Source: Deltaproteobacteria bacterium (lineage in GTDB: Bacteria > Myxococcota_A > Polyangia > Polyangiales > Houyiibacteriaceae). From it: DNA of 64,000 nucleotides. Position numbers and translations under genes: made by a program. This document shows, in pieces, positions 8,436 to 19,075 of this stretch. The DNA lies in NCBI GenBank assembly GCA_017644045.1, contig JAEPMI010000011.1:242763-306762 (forward strand). The letters are read 5' to 3'. Position 1 is the stretch's first letter, and each line of letters begins with the position of its first letter. Under the pieces are notes generated by a model. It had not been told where the DNA came from. It was given only the letters and a program-made list of their open reading frames with translations, and made no database searches.

Positions 8436-10511
8436 CTACGGCCGGTCGGACTCGTCGTCCGAGGGCAAGAGCTGCTGCAGGAGCCAGCGCTGTCGGTAGA
8501 GATCCTCGTCCGCCTTGGTGAGGCGGTCGTGGATGCCGCCGACCATTCGGACGCTGATGAGCGCGGCCAGAACGCAGCTCACCATCATGAACACGCGCAG
8601 CGAGACCTCGTCGAAGGAGAAGACCGGCGAGCTGACCTGGATCGCGTCACCCACCACCGAGTAGCTGGCGGGGAAGAGGCCCATCCACTCGAGGATCCCG
8701 GGGATGACGATGGCGAAGACCGACGCGGCCAGGACGAATCGTCGCCCGATCCCGTCGAGGTTGAGCACGACCGCGGGCGCGGAGGCGACGACGATGACGG
8801 GCAGCAGGAAGTAGGGGCCGAGCACCAGGCCCACGGGGATGATGCTGAGGATCTGGACGACCGCCGCGAAGCGGAGGACCGACATGGGTACGGGGCGCTG
8901 GAGGGAGGCCCAGCTCTGGACGGCGCCGGCGATCATCGCGACGGCGGTGATCAGGATGCCGAGCTTGATGTTGTCGAAGCCGACCCACACCCAGAGCGGC
9001 GCGTTGAGCAGCCAGGCGTAGCGACCGAGCGCCAGGAAGCGCATGCCGGCCCGGCGCACGCCGTCCCGCCGATGCTCGAGCGCGCGGCGGGCTTCGGGCG
9101 GGAGCTTCGCCGGCGGTTTCGCGATCAGCTCGACCAGAGTGCGGCGAGCGACCTCCGAGTCGGGGTCGAGCGCGACGGCCATGCCGGCGCGCCGCATCGC
9201 TTCGCTGTGCGCCTTCGAGGCGTCTGCCTGACCTTCGTAGGCTCGCTGCGCGGCCCGCTCGGCGGCGGCGGCGTGGCGCATCGCGGCGGTCTTGCGACCC
9301 TGGTCCCACTGATCGCCGTCGAGGAAGCTCTGGACCGCGGCGTGGAGCTCGCGGGCGGTGCCGAAGCGCTCCTCGCGGTTGGGGGCCGTGGCCAGCCCGC
9401 AGATCTCGAGCATGAAGTGGCTGACCGGGTTCGGCTCCTCGAGGGTCTTGTAGCGGCCGTGCACGTCCAGGTCGTGGAGCGTGTCCGTGAGCATCACGTG
9501 CGCCTCGGCCTCCGGGATCAGCGCGTGGCCGCTGAGGACCTCGAAGAGGATCGCTCCGAGCGCGAAGACGTCGGCGCGACCGTCGAGGTCGTCGCCCCGG
9601 ATCTGCTCCGGCGCGAGATAGCCTGGTGTGCCGAGGAGCGACCCGGACATCGTCTGCAGATCCATGATCTCGCGGGTGTCGAGGTGGCCGCCGTCGGCGG
9701 CGCCGAGGACACGGGCGATGCCCCAGTCGAGCACGTACACCTCGCCGAAGTCGCCGACCATGATGTTCGAGGGCTTGAGGTCGCGATGGATCACACCGCG
9801 CGAGTGGGCGTAGTCCACCGCGAGACAGACCTGCGCGAACGCGTGCAGCAGCCGCTTGACCGGGAACTCCTCCATGGTTCGCAGGTGTCCGCGGCGACGG
9901 CGGTAGAGGATGCTCGAGAGGGTGTGGCCGCGGACCCGCTTCATCGTGAAGTAGGGGATGCCGCCCCGGGTCTCGCCGATGTCGTGGACGGGAACGACGC
10001 ACGGGTGGTCGAGCTGACCTTGGATGCGCGCTTCGCGGAGGAAGCGCATGCGCTTGGTCTCGTTGTCGGCGAACTCCGGCAGGAGGACCTTCATCGCGAC
10101 TTCGCGACCGACGTGGACGTCGCGGTAGAGCCGAACCTCGCCCATGCCTCCTTCGCCGAGCACCCCGCGACCGCGGTAGCGCTCCGACGCGTCCATCTCG
10201 CTGCTCGAGGTGGCGCCGCCGGAGCCGACGATCGTCTCGTCGGAGTCCTGGGTGACCATGGGCGGCGGCGGCATGGTCGAGACCCGGCCGGCGCCGAGGG
10301 GGAAGCCGCCCTCGAGCTCCTCCTCGACGTCGGAATGGCTCATGACCTCGGTCTGGTCGCCGGTCTGCGGCACGTGGCGTGGGCGCGGAGTGGTCATCGA
10401 GATCCGACCGCTGCGTTCGTCTCTCGGGAGCGGTTCCTGCGAAGCGTCGAGCTCGTCTTCGACCTTCTGGTCATCGGTGCTCAACGTCTTCGCGCCGCTA
10501 GTTGGACTCAC
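8436..10511 (-). CDS. Ser/Thr protein kinase with a C-terminal multi-pass membrane domain
   Basis: Motifs GEGGMGEV, AMK, HRDLKPSNIMV, DWGIA and GTPGYLAPE. The C-terminal ~200 aa contain several hydrophobic helices. Confidence 0.85.
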   Translation of the reverse strand: MSPTSGAKTLSTDDQKVEDELDASQEPLPRDERSGRISMTTPRPRHVPQTGDQTEVMSHSDVEEELEGGFPLGAGRVSTMPPPPMVTQDSDETIVGSGGATSSSEMDASERYRGRGVLGEGGMGEVRLYRDVHVGREVAMKVLLPEFADNETKRMRFLREARIQGQLDHPCVVPVHDIGETRGGIPYFTMKRVRGHTLSSILYRRRRGHLRTMEEFPVKRLLHAFAQVCLAVDYAHSRGVIHRDLKPSNIMVGDFGEVYVLDWGIARVLGAADGGHLDTREIMDLQTMSGSLLGTPGYLAPEQIRGDDLDGRADVFALGAILFEVLSGHALIPEAEAHVMLTDTLHDLDVHGRYKTLEEPNPVSHFMLEICGLATAPNREERFGTARELHAAVQSFLDGDQWDQGRKTAAMRHAAAAERAAQRAYEGQADASKAHSEAMRRAGMAVALDPDSEVARRTLVELIAKPPAKLPPEARRALEHRRDGVRRAGMRFLALGRYAWLLNAPLWVWVGFDNIKLGILITAVAMIAGAVQSWASLQRPVPMSVLRFAAVVQILSIIPVGLVLGPYFLLPVIVVASAPAVVLNLDGIGRRFVLAASVFAIVIPGILEWMGLFPASYSVVGDAIQVSSPVFSFDEVSLRVFMMVSCVLAALISVRMVGGIHDRLTKADEDLYRQRWLLQQLLPSDDESDRP

Positions 10512-10571
10512 GATGGATCAGTATAGCTGGCTGACGCATCGCGTCACGTTTCGAATCTGTATCTTCGTGCG

Positions 10572-12353
10572 ATGAACGTAGGACAAACGCCTACCTTTGG
10601 CGCCCTTTCACGAGCGATCGTGCTATCTGGCGGGACCATGCGGCGCCACGTCCATCGGCACTTTCTCGCCATCGTCGCGATCGCGGTGCTCGTCCTGCCC
10701 GCGGTCGCTCACGCGCAGGGAGTGGAAGCGGCCGCCGAGCCGGACTTCGGGTGGCTGAGTCTGCTGCCTCCGCTGCTCGCCATCGCGCTCGCGTTGGTGT
10801 TGCGGCAGGTGCTGCTCGCGCTCGCCGCGGGTGTCTGGCTCGGGGCGCTCTTCGTCGAAGGCTTCGACCCGCTCGCGGCCACGTTGCGCGCCGTCGATCG
10901 CTACGCGGTCGAAGCGGCGGCGGACGCGGACCACGCGTCGATCCTGATCTTCAGCCTGGCGCTCGGCGGGATGATCGGCGTCATCACCCGGAGCGGCGGC
11001 GCGAGTGGCATCGCGGGCTTGGTCACCAAGCGCGCGAAGACGGCGCCGCGCGGACAGCTCGCGACCTGGTTCCTCGGTCTGCTGGTCTTCTTCGACGACT
11101 ACGCGAACTCGCTCCTCGTCGGTTCGTCCATGCGACCGATCACCGACCGGCTCCGCATCAGCCGCGAGAAGCTCGCGTTCCTCGTCGACGCCACGGCCGC
11201 GCCGGTCTCGTCGATCGCGCTCGTCTCCTCCTGGATCGGCGTCGAGGTCGGCTACATCGGTGAGCAGCTCGCGGCGCGCGACATCGACCTCGATCCCTAC
11301 CTCGCGTTCCTGCAGACGCTGCCCTACCGATTCTACCCGTGGCTGATGCTCTTCTTCGGGCTCCTGCTCGTGCTCAGCCGCCGTGACTTCGGCGCGATGC
11401 GCAAGGCCGAGGAGCGCGCCCGCAAGACCGGTCAGGTGAGCCGCCCCGGCGCGCGCCCCGCGTCCGACTTCGACTCGAGCGCGCTCGAGGAGGCGAGCAA
11501 GCCCCGCGCGCTCCTCGCGATCGGTCCCGTCATCACGGTCGTCGCCGTGGCGCTCTTCGGGATGTACTTCGACGGGCGCGCCACCGTGCTCGAGAACGAC
11601 GGTGTGCTGACGCTCCGCAACATCTTCGGCAGCGCGAGCTCGCTCAAGGGCCTGCTCTGGGCCGCGGTCGCCGGCGGAGCCGTCGCCATCGTGCTCTCGC
11701 TCGTCACCCGAGCGCTCACGCTCACCGACGCCATGGACGCATGGGTCGACGGGATGAAGTCGATGCTCCTCGCGTGCATCATCCTCGTGCTCGCCTGGTC
11801 GCTCGGACGGATCTGCAAGGAGATCGGTACGGCTCAGTACGTCATCCAGCTGATCGGGGACGGCCTCGCGCCCGGGCTGCTCCCGGCGGTGGTCTTCGTG
11901 ATCGCTGCGGCGGTCAGCTTCGCGACCGGGACCTCGTGGGGGACGATGGCGATCCTCTTCCCGCTCGTCGTCCCGCTCGCGGATCACCTGGCGCCCGGCG
12001 AGATGCACATCCTGCTCGGGGCGATCTCGTCGATCCTCGCGGGCAGCGTCTGGGGTGACCACTGCTCGCCCATCTCGGACACGACCATCATGAGCTCGAT
12101 GGCCTCGAGCTGCGATCACGTGGACCACGTACGAACACAGCTGCCCTATGCGCTCTCGGTGGGCTTCGCCGCGCTGATCTTCGGTGAGCTCGGAACGGGT
12201 CTCGGCCTCTACCCGGCGTGGGTCGGCCTGCTGCTCGGCGCCGGCGCGCTCACGGCGCTGGTCTACGTCCTCGGTCGCCGCGTCGACGGCCCCGACGACC
12301 CGCCGCCCGCGGAAGCCGCACCGGAAGCGGAACCCGACGCCGACCCGGCGTAG
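10572..12353 (+). CDS. Na+/H+ antiporter NhaC-family membrane transporter
   Basis: Polytopic ORF with ...FFDDYANSLLVGSSMRPITD... and ...GDHCSPISDTTIMSS..., motifs typical of the family. The true start may be ATG 10638 (MRRHVHRHF..., signal-like). Confidence 0.7.
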   Translation: MNVGQTPTFGALSRAIVLSGGTMRRHVHRHFLAIVAIAVLVLPAVAHAQGVEAAAEPDFGWLSLLPPLLAIALALVLRQVLLALAAGVWLGALFVEGFDPLAATLRAVDRYAVEAAADADHASILIFSLALGGMIGVITRSGGASGIAGLVTKRAKTAPRGQLATWFLGLLVFFDDYANSLLVGSSMRPITDRLRISREKLAFLVDATAAPVSSIALVSSWIGVEVGYIGEQLAARDIDLDPYLAFLQTLPYRFYPWLMLFFGLLLVLSRRDFGAMRKAEERARKTGQVSRPGARPASDFDSSALEEASKPRALLAIGPVITVVAVALFGMYFDGRATVLENDGVLTLRNIFGSASSLKGLLWAAVAGGAVAIVLSLVTRALTLTDAMDAWVDGMKSMLLACIILVLAWSLGRICKEIGTAQYVIQLIGDGLAPGLLPAVVFVIAAAVSFATGTSWGTMAILFPLVVPLADHLAPGEMHILLGAISSILAGSVWGDHCSPISDTTIMSSMASSCDHVDHVRTQLPYALSVGFAALIFGELGTGLGLYPAWVGLLLGAGALTALVYVLGRRVDGPDDPPPAEAAPEAEPDADPA

Positions 12354-12372
12354 CCCACGATAGACTTCGGGT

Positions 12373-13860
12373 GTGCGCGCCGTCCTGCTCATCGCCGTCG
12401 CTTCTGCCCTCGGGCTGAGCTGCACGGATCCGGACGACCCCGCGCGCGACAGCCGCGCGCAGTGGGAGCGCGCGCAGAAGGCGTGGGAGCGGGGAGAGGC
12501 GGGCGCCTACGGTCTCTGGAAGGACATGGACACGGACACGTCCATCGGCCGCGAGGCACACCGCCGCCTCGCGCAGGCCGACCCGTTCTATCGAGAGGGC
12601 GTCGAGCTCCTCCGCGAAGGGGATCCGGACGCGCGCCTGGCCCTCGCCCGAGGGGTCGAGCTGGCGCCGATGGACCCCTCGCTCTACCTGCCGCTCGCCC
12701 GCGCGTGCCGCGACCAGGGCCTCTCGCTGCGAGCGGCCGAGTACTACACGAAGTTCCTGACGGCCTTCCCCGAAGGTCGGCGCGCCGACGAGGCCCGCGT
12801 CGAGCTCCGGCGGCTCGACCCGCAGCTCGCGGGCGTCTTCGAGAGCCGGACGGTGCTGCCCCGCGCACCTGCCGCGCCGGGTCGCAGCCCATGGCTCCTG
12901 GTCCTCGTGGGGGTGTTGCTCGGTGGGGTGCTGACGCTGACCGGCCAGACCGTCGCGCGATTCTTCCGGACCCGGGGAGTCTCGCTCGAGAAGCTCGTCG
13001 AGGGCAGCCCCGAGTTCCACCCGGCGATCGCCTACCTGGTCGGGTCACTCCGCCACGAGCTGCTCAAGCACCGCATCGGGGCGGCGGCCGACGCGATCCG
13101 CAACACCGCGGACGAAGAGCGCCTCGCCTTCCTCCGCAAGCGCCTCTACGGCGGCCAGCCCCTGGTCGAAGCGTGGGAAGCGCACCTGCTCGCCTTCGAG
13201 CGCGCGCTCGGTCACCGCGTCGACCTCCATCGCGACCGTTCGTTTCGCCGCGCCGGCCGGGCCATCCGGCGCATCGCGCGCCTCGAGGAAGGCATCGCCG
13301 GTGGCTCGCCCCGGGCGTTGCGCGAGCTGGCGCGCTCTCACACGACCTTGATGGAGCTCGACCGCCAGCTCGCCGATCTGATCGGTGCGCTGATCCGGAC
13401 GCTGGTGGACGCGACGTTGCTCGAAGAGGTCGCCCACGAGGTGCGGTCCGAGCACAGCGCGGGCGCCGTGGAGCTCGAGACGCTCGCGATCGAGGCGCCC
13501 GACGAGCGCGTGGTGCTCGACGTCTTCCGGGTCGACCTGGTGCTCATCCTCAAGAACATCCTCCGGAACGCGATCCTCGCCGTCGGCGAGGACCCGGCGC
13601 CCAGGCACGTGCGCCTCGACGCGGTGCTGGAGCTCGAGCCGACGGGTGAAGAGACGGTCCGCATCCGGGTGCACGACTCGAGCAGCAAGGAGCTCGACCC
13701 GGAGATCCTCTTCGATCGGCGGGTCGACCGGGGCCTCGGCCTGGTCGCGGCCGCCGTGCATCGTTACGGCGGCACGATCGACGTCGAGCCGGCGGAGGCG
13801 CCCTTCGAGAAGCGCGTGGTGATCGCGTTCTTCCGAACCTTCGACGGCGACGACGTTTGA
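12373..13860 (+). CDS. Lipoprotein-anchored TPR sensor with a TM helix and a cytoplasmic histidine-kinase-like ATPase domain
   Basis: Lipobox LGLSC. TPR-like periplasmic region. TM helix PWLLVLVGVLLGGVLTLTG. Possible H-box SLRHELLKH. N-box-like LKNILRNAILAV and G-box-like DRGLGLVAAAVHRYGGTIDVE. Confidence 0.6.
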   Translation: MRAVLLIAVASALGLSCTDPDDPARDSRAQWERAQKAWERGEAGAYGLWKDMDTDTSIGREAHRRLAQADPFYREGVELLREGDPDARLALARGVELAPMDPSLYLPLARACRDQGLSLRAAEYYTKFLTAFPEGRRADEARVELRRLDPQLAGVFESRTVLPRAPAAPGRSPWLLVLVGVLLGGVLTLTGQTVARFFRTRGVSLEKLVEGSPEFHPAIAYLVGSLRHELLKHRIGAAADAIRNTADEERLAFLRKRLYGGQPLVEAWEAHLLAFERALGHRVDLHRDRSFRRAGRAIRRIARLEEGIAGGSPRALRELARSHTTLMELDRQLADLIGALIRTLVDATLLEEVAHEVRSEHSAGAVELETLAIEAPDERVVLDVFRVDLVLILKNILRNAILAVGEDPAPRHVRLDAVLELEPTGEETVRIRVHDSSSKELDPEILFDRRVDRGLGLVAAAVHRYGGTIDVEPAEAPFEKRVVIAFFRTFDGDDV

Positions 13861-14351
13861 GCGCCTCGGCCTGGTCGAGCGAGACGGGTATCATCCCGCT
13901 CGTGTCCCGCCCCGCCCTGCTCGTCATCGAAGACGGCCACGAGTACGAGGAGTTCGCCCAGGCGTTCTTGGGGGAGCGCTACGAGGTGCGCGCCGCTCAC
14001 TCCGCCGAGGAGGCCCTCGCCGCGCTCGAGGTCCAGATGCCGGAGGCGCTGCTGGTGGACCTGCGCTTCGAGCGAGCGGCCGTGAGCGACCTGATCGGTG
14101 ACATCGACGGCACCGCCCGACGCCGCTTCGCCGGCGACACCCACCGCGCCATCCGCCACCTGAAGGAGCAGCAGGGCACGCTGGTCCTCGGGGCGCTCCG
14201 CGACGCCGGCTGCGACGCGCCCGCGGTCTTCGTGCACGACTTCCCGCCGCGCCGGCTCGCCAACCTCCGTCGGCTCTATGGGAAGGTCCGCGCGGTTCCG
14301 GCCTTCGACGCCCGCGCGATCGCGGCGGCCTTCGAGGAGCCGGAGCAATGA
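13857..14351 (+). CDS. Atypical receiver-like (pseudo-receiver) protein
   Basis: TTG start overlaps the upstream TGA. Contains LLVIEDGHEYE and ALLVDLRFE, which parallel [12 protein letters not shown] and AVLLDVRFE in the downstream activator. The conserved Thr/Ser position is not obvious. Confidence 0.5.
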   Translation: MSASAWSSETGIIPLVSRPALLVIEDGHEYEEFAQAFLGERYEVRAAHSAEEALAALEVQMPEALLVDLRFERAAVSDLIGDIDGTARRRFAGDTHRAIRHLKEQQGTLVLGALRDAGCDAPAVFVHDFPPRRLANLRRLYGKVRAVPAFDARAIAAAFEEPEQ

Positions 14352-14683
14352 GCGTCGACAGGGAGCGCGTGCTGCACGACGTGGGCAAGTACGTCGCGCG
14401 CACGGCGATGAATCTGCCGGAGGGCGCGCTGGTCGCGCCCGCGCTGGCCGAGCTCATGCTGCGAGACGTCTACGGCCGCGGCGACGAGCCGCGGATGAGC
14501 GAGACCTTCGACGCGCTGGTCGGCGAGACCGACGATCCGGTCCTCGGCGAGTGTCGCGACTGCCTCCAGGAAATCGATGCCCTCGAGGGTGACGCTCGGG
14601 CCGGAGACGTGGACGCACTCACCCGGATCGCGACGCTCGCTCGCTCGATCAGCGAACGGCTGAAGGCGTGGGCGCGCGCGTGA
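14348..14683 (+). CDS. Small hypothetical protein (111 aa) with an HDVGKY motif
   Basis: ATGA overlap upstream, and overlap with the downstream start. Only LHDVGKY resembles an HD-domain fragment. Confidence 0.45.
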   Translation: MSVDRERVLHDVGKYVARTAMNLPEGALVAPALAELMLRDVYGRGDEPRMSETFDALVGETDDPVLGECRDCLQEIDALEGDARAGDVDALTRIATLARSISERLKAWARA

Positions 14684-16341
14684 CCCACCCCACCAAGGTG
14701 CTCATCGTCGACGACGGCGATCGCTACGTGGAGCTGCTGCACGCGCTCCTGCGCGACCTCCGCTACGCCACCCGCTGCACGCTGCCGGGACCCTGCTGGG
14801 AGTGCCCCCACCGCGTGGGGTGCGAGCTGACCCACGCGCACGACTGGGCCGAAGCGCGCGAGGTCCTCGCGCGCGACTCGAGCGTGGACGCGGTGCTCCT
14901 CGACGTGCGCTTCGAGCTCCCGGAGCAGCGCTTGCTCGGGTCCGCGGACGAACCGCTCGAAGAACGGCAGCGACTGCAGGGGCTCCGCATCCTCGACGCG
15001 ATCCGGCACCTCCGTCCCGACGTCCCGGTGGTCCTGATGACCAGCGAGGAGGCGATCGGGCTCGAACGCGCGGCGCCGCTCGCGGCGGACGAGTACGTCA
15101 CGCTCGCGGGCGATGACGCCTTCGACGCGCAGAGCCTGGCGTCGCTGGTCTCTCGGTTGGTCGCGCGCCGCCGCCGCTACGACGACGACGACAGCTACGT
15201 CTGGGGCCAGAGCAAGGCGATGCGCGCGCTCCGCCACGGCGTGATCACGCGGATCCGAACCGGGTTGCCGCTGCTGGTGCTCGGCGAGACCGGGACCGGC
15301 AAGAGCGCGCTCGCCGAGCGCGTGATCCATGCGCAGTCGTCGCGGCGCGCCGGGCCCTTCGTCGGCGTCGATCTCGCCGCGCTCCCCGACACCCTCGTCG
15401 CCTCCGAGCTCTTCGGCTCCGTGAAGGGCGCGTTCAGTGGGGCGGTCGATCGACCCGGGCGCTTCGAGCAGGCCCACGGCGGGACGCTCTTCCTCGACGA
15501 GATCGGCAACCTCCCGGCGGACGCGCAGCGCATGCTCCTGCTCGCGCTGCAGGACGGGCGGGTGACGCGACTCGGCGACACCCGGCCCCGCGACGTCGAC
15601 GTGCGGCTCGTGGCCGCCACCCACGTGGACCTCGAGCGCCGGGTCCGGGAAGGCTCGTTCCGCGCCGACCTCTACGCGCGCCTCAACCCGGCCATGGCGT
15701 TCGAGCTCCCCGCGCTCCGCGAGCGGCGCGCGGATCTACGGGAGCTCTGCGAGGCGCTGGTGCGACGGCGCTTCGCCGAAGGGACCAACCACGACCGACT
15801 CGCGGCGTATCAGAAGGCGGTGGGCATCGGCGGTCCGGTCCTGGCCACCTTCGCGGTCGGCAAGGAGGACCCGCCGGCCGAGGGGGTGGCCTTCGTCTTC
15901 ACCGAGGAGAGCTGGAAGCGCATGCGGGCTCACCCGTGGCCGGGGAACATGCGCGAGCTCGAGTACTTTCTCGCGTCGGCGAGCTTGATGACGCTCGAGA
16001 CCGACCTCGACGCCGCGGAGCAGGGGAGGGCGTCGCTGCTCGGCGCGCGCCTCCCGGTGTCGGCCAGCCTGGTGAGCCAGCTGCTCGAGCGATCCTGGGT
16101 GGCGCCGGACGCGGAGGGTTCGTCACCGCTCGCGAGCGGGGCCATCGAGCCGAGAGCGCAGCTCAAGGAGGTCGTGCGCGATCTCGAGACGGCGCTCTTC
16201 GAGCGGCTCTTCGAGGAGACCGACGGCGACTTCGAGGCGATGGCCGCGCGTCTGCTCGAAGGCGACCCGGCGGAGAACGCGCGGCGGGTGCGGCTGCGGT
16301 TCAACCAGCTGGGGCTGCGGGTCCGTGAGCTTCGCCGCTGA
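14668..16341 (+). CDS. Sigma-54-dependent AAA+ transcriptional activator with an atypical Cys-containing receiver and no canonical Fis-type HTH
   Basis: Walker [18 protein letters not shown] (a GAFTGA variant), Walker B FLDEIG, and an R-finger region. The start may be GTG 14680, which gives a GTGA overlap with the upstream stop. Confidence 0.8.
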   Translation: MGARVTHPTKVLIVDDGDRYVELLHALLRDLRYATRCTLPGPCWECPHRVGCELTHAHDWAEAREVLARDSSVDAVLLDVRFELPEQRLLGSADEPLEERQRLQGLRILDAIRHLRPDVPVVLMTSEEAIGLERAAPLAADEYVTLAGDDAFDAQSLASLVSRLVARRRRYDDDDSYVWGQSKAMRALRHGVITRIRTGLPLLVLGETGTGKSALAERVIHAQSSRRAGPFVGVDLAALPDTLVASELFGSVKGAFSGAVDRPGRFEQAHGGTLFLDEIGNLPADAQRMLLLALQDGRVTRLGDTRPRDVDVRLVAATHVDLERRVREGSFRADLYARLNPAMAFELPALRERRADLRELCEALVRRRFAEGTNHDRLAAYQKAVGIGGPVLATFAVGKEDPPAEGVAFVFTEESWKRMRAHPWPGNMRELEYFLASASLMTLETDLDAAEQGRASLLGARLPVSASLVSQLLERSWVAPDAEGSSPLASGAIEPRAQLKEVVRDLETALFERLFEETDGDFEAMAARLLEGDPAENARRVRLRFNQLGLRVRELRR

Positions 16342-16345
16342 GGCG

Positions 16346-16750
16346 GCGACTCCGACTCCGACGCCGACTCCGACTCCGACGCCGACTCCGGCGCCGACGC
16401 CGACTCCGACGCCGACTCCGACTCCGACGCAGACGCCGACTCCGACTCCGACGCCGACTCCGACGCCGACTCCGACGCCGACGCCGACTCCGACGCCGAC
16501 TCCGACGCCGACGCCGACTCCGACGCCGACTCCGACGCCGACGCCGACTCCGACGCCGACTCCGGCGCCGACGCCGACTCCGCCGCCGACGCAGACTCCG
16601 ACAGCGACCACCGACCACCGAGAGCCGACTCCCGAGAGCCGACAGCCGACTCCCGAGAGCCGACTCCCGAGAGCCGACCGCCGACAGCCGAGAGCCGACT
16701 CCCGAGAACCAACCGACGACTCCGACGCCCGAGTGGACGAGAGCCGACTC
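16346..16750. repeat. CCGAC[T/G] hexamer array (about 40 units, with a 30-nt higher-order unit) decaying into ~14-nt units
   Basis: Read directly from the sequence. tccgacgccgacgccgactccgacgccgac occurs three times at 16471-16560. ccgagagccgactc-type units run from 16610 to 16750. Confidence 0.95.
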
Positions 16751-16786
16751 TGGCCTGAATCGACGGGCTGGGTGTAGCTTGCGGCC

Positions 16787-18162
<1,376 letters not shown>

Positions 18163-18166
<4 letters not shown>

Positions 18167-18981
18167 CGCGAGCGCTGGCCCTCGGCCTCTTCGTCTGTCT
18201 CGGGTGCGGCGAGGCCGGTGACCCCGACGCGCTGAGCGAGGACACGACCGCGCCGCTCGCTTGGACCGCGGGCGAACGCTTCGCGCTGGTCACCGTGAAC
18301 CGGCTCACCCGCGACCCGCTTCTCGGCGATCCGGTCTGCTCCATCAACGTGCAGCTCGGCGAGGCGAACGCCGACGGGGCGTTCCCGGCGGCCGACACCG
18401 AAGGCGCGTGCGTCGTCGGCGGAGCGCTCCCCGAGCTGCAGAGCGCGAGCTTCACCGCGCTCGACGGAGGCACGATGGACCTGCGGGTTGGCGGCACGGT
18501 CGACGCGATCACCGTCGACGACACGAACGTCGGCTCTCCACTGAGCTTCGAGTGCGCGCGGCTCGAGTCCGAGCGCAGCGTCGGGGTGACCAGCCTCGCC
18601 GACGAGAGCGCGACCGACGCGCTCGGGGCGTTCGTGGCCGAGATTCCCCTCCAAGCGGCGCCGACCTTCAGTGAGCCCGAGGAGCTCCGCGCGGGCGTGG
18701 CCCTCTGGCCGGAGGGCGACATCGAGGTGAGCTGGAACGGCGGCCTGGGGGACTCGGTCGAGCTCGTCCTCATGCCACGCGACGGCAGCGCGCCGATGGT
18801 CCGCTGCTTCGCGGACGACGACGGTGACTTCGCCATCCCCGCGCGGCTGGCCGACCCCTATCGCGCGGCCGGCGCGACCCTCGAGGTCGGGCGCGTCGGG
18901 GTCGAGGTGCGGGACGTGGACGGCGTCGAGGTGCGCCTCGCCAGCCGCTCCGCCACCCAGCTCTGGCTCGAGCTCCGCTGA
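18163..18981 (+). CDS. Hypothetical lipoprotein
   Basis: ATGA overlap with the NtrC-type gene. Signal peptide with lipobox (LFVCLGC). Confidence 0.6.
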
Positions 18982-19075
18982 CCCCTCGATCGAGGGAGGC
19001 GGCGCCGCGTCCAACTGCGATAGAATCTTCTGGCCGGGAGCGCGTCGAGCGACACGGCATCGGGAGAGGTGAGCG

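Noticed and set aside
8319-10526. 735-aa + strand ORF opposite the membrane Ser/Thr kinase. The same applies to 21295..23205(-), 23523..25685(-), 28942..30981(+), 31971..34289(+), 53603..55696(+) and 58130..60466(+).
   Set aside because: These are Arg/Gly/Asp/Glu/His-rich low-complexity translations lying exactly antisense to genes with strong family motifs. They are typical shadow ORFs of ~70% GC DNA.
10528-10542. TGGCTG-acgca-TCGC with correct GG/GC spacing upstream of the NhaC-type gene.
   Set aside because: Only the invariant dinucleotides match and the rest deviates from consensus. A chance occurrence in GC-rich DNA is likely.
16346-16750. Could the arrays be CRISPR loci?
   Set aside because: The units are 6-7 nt with no unique spacers, there is no 24-40-nt repeat, and there are no cas genes in the window.
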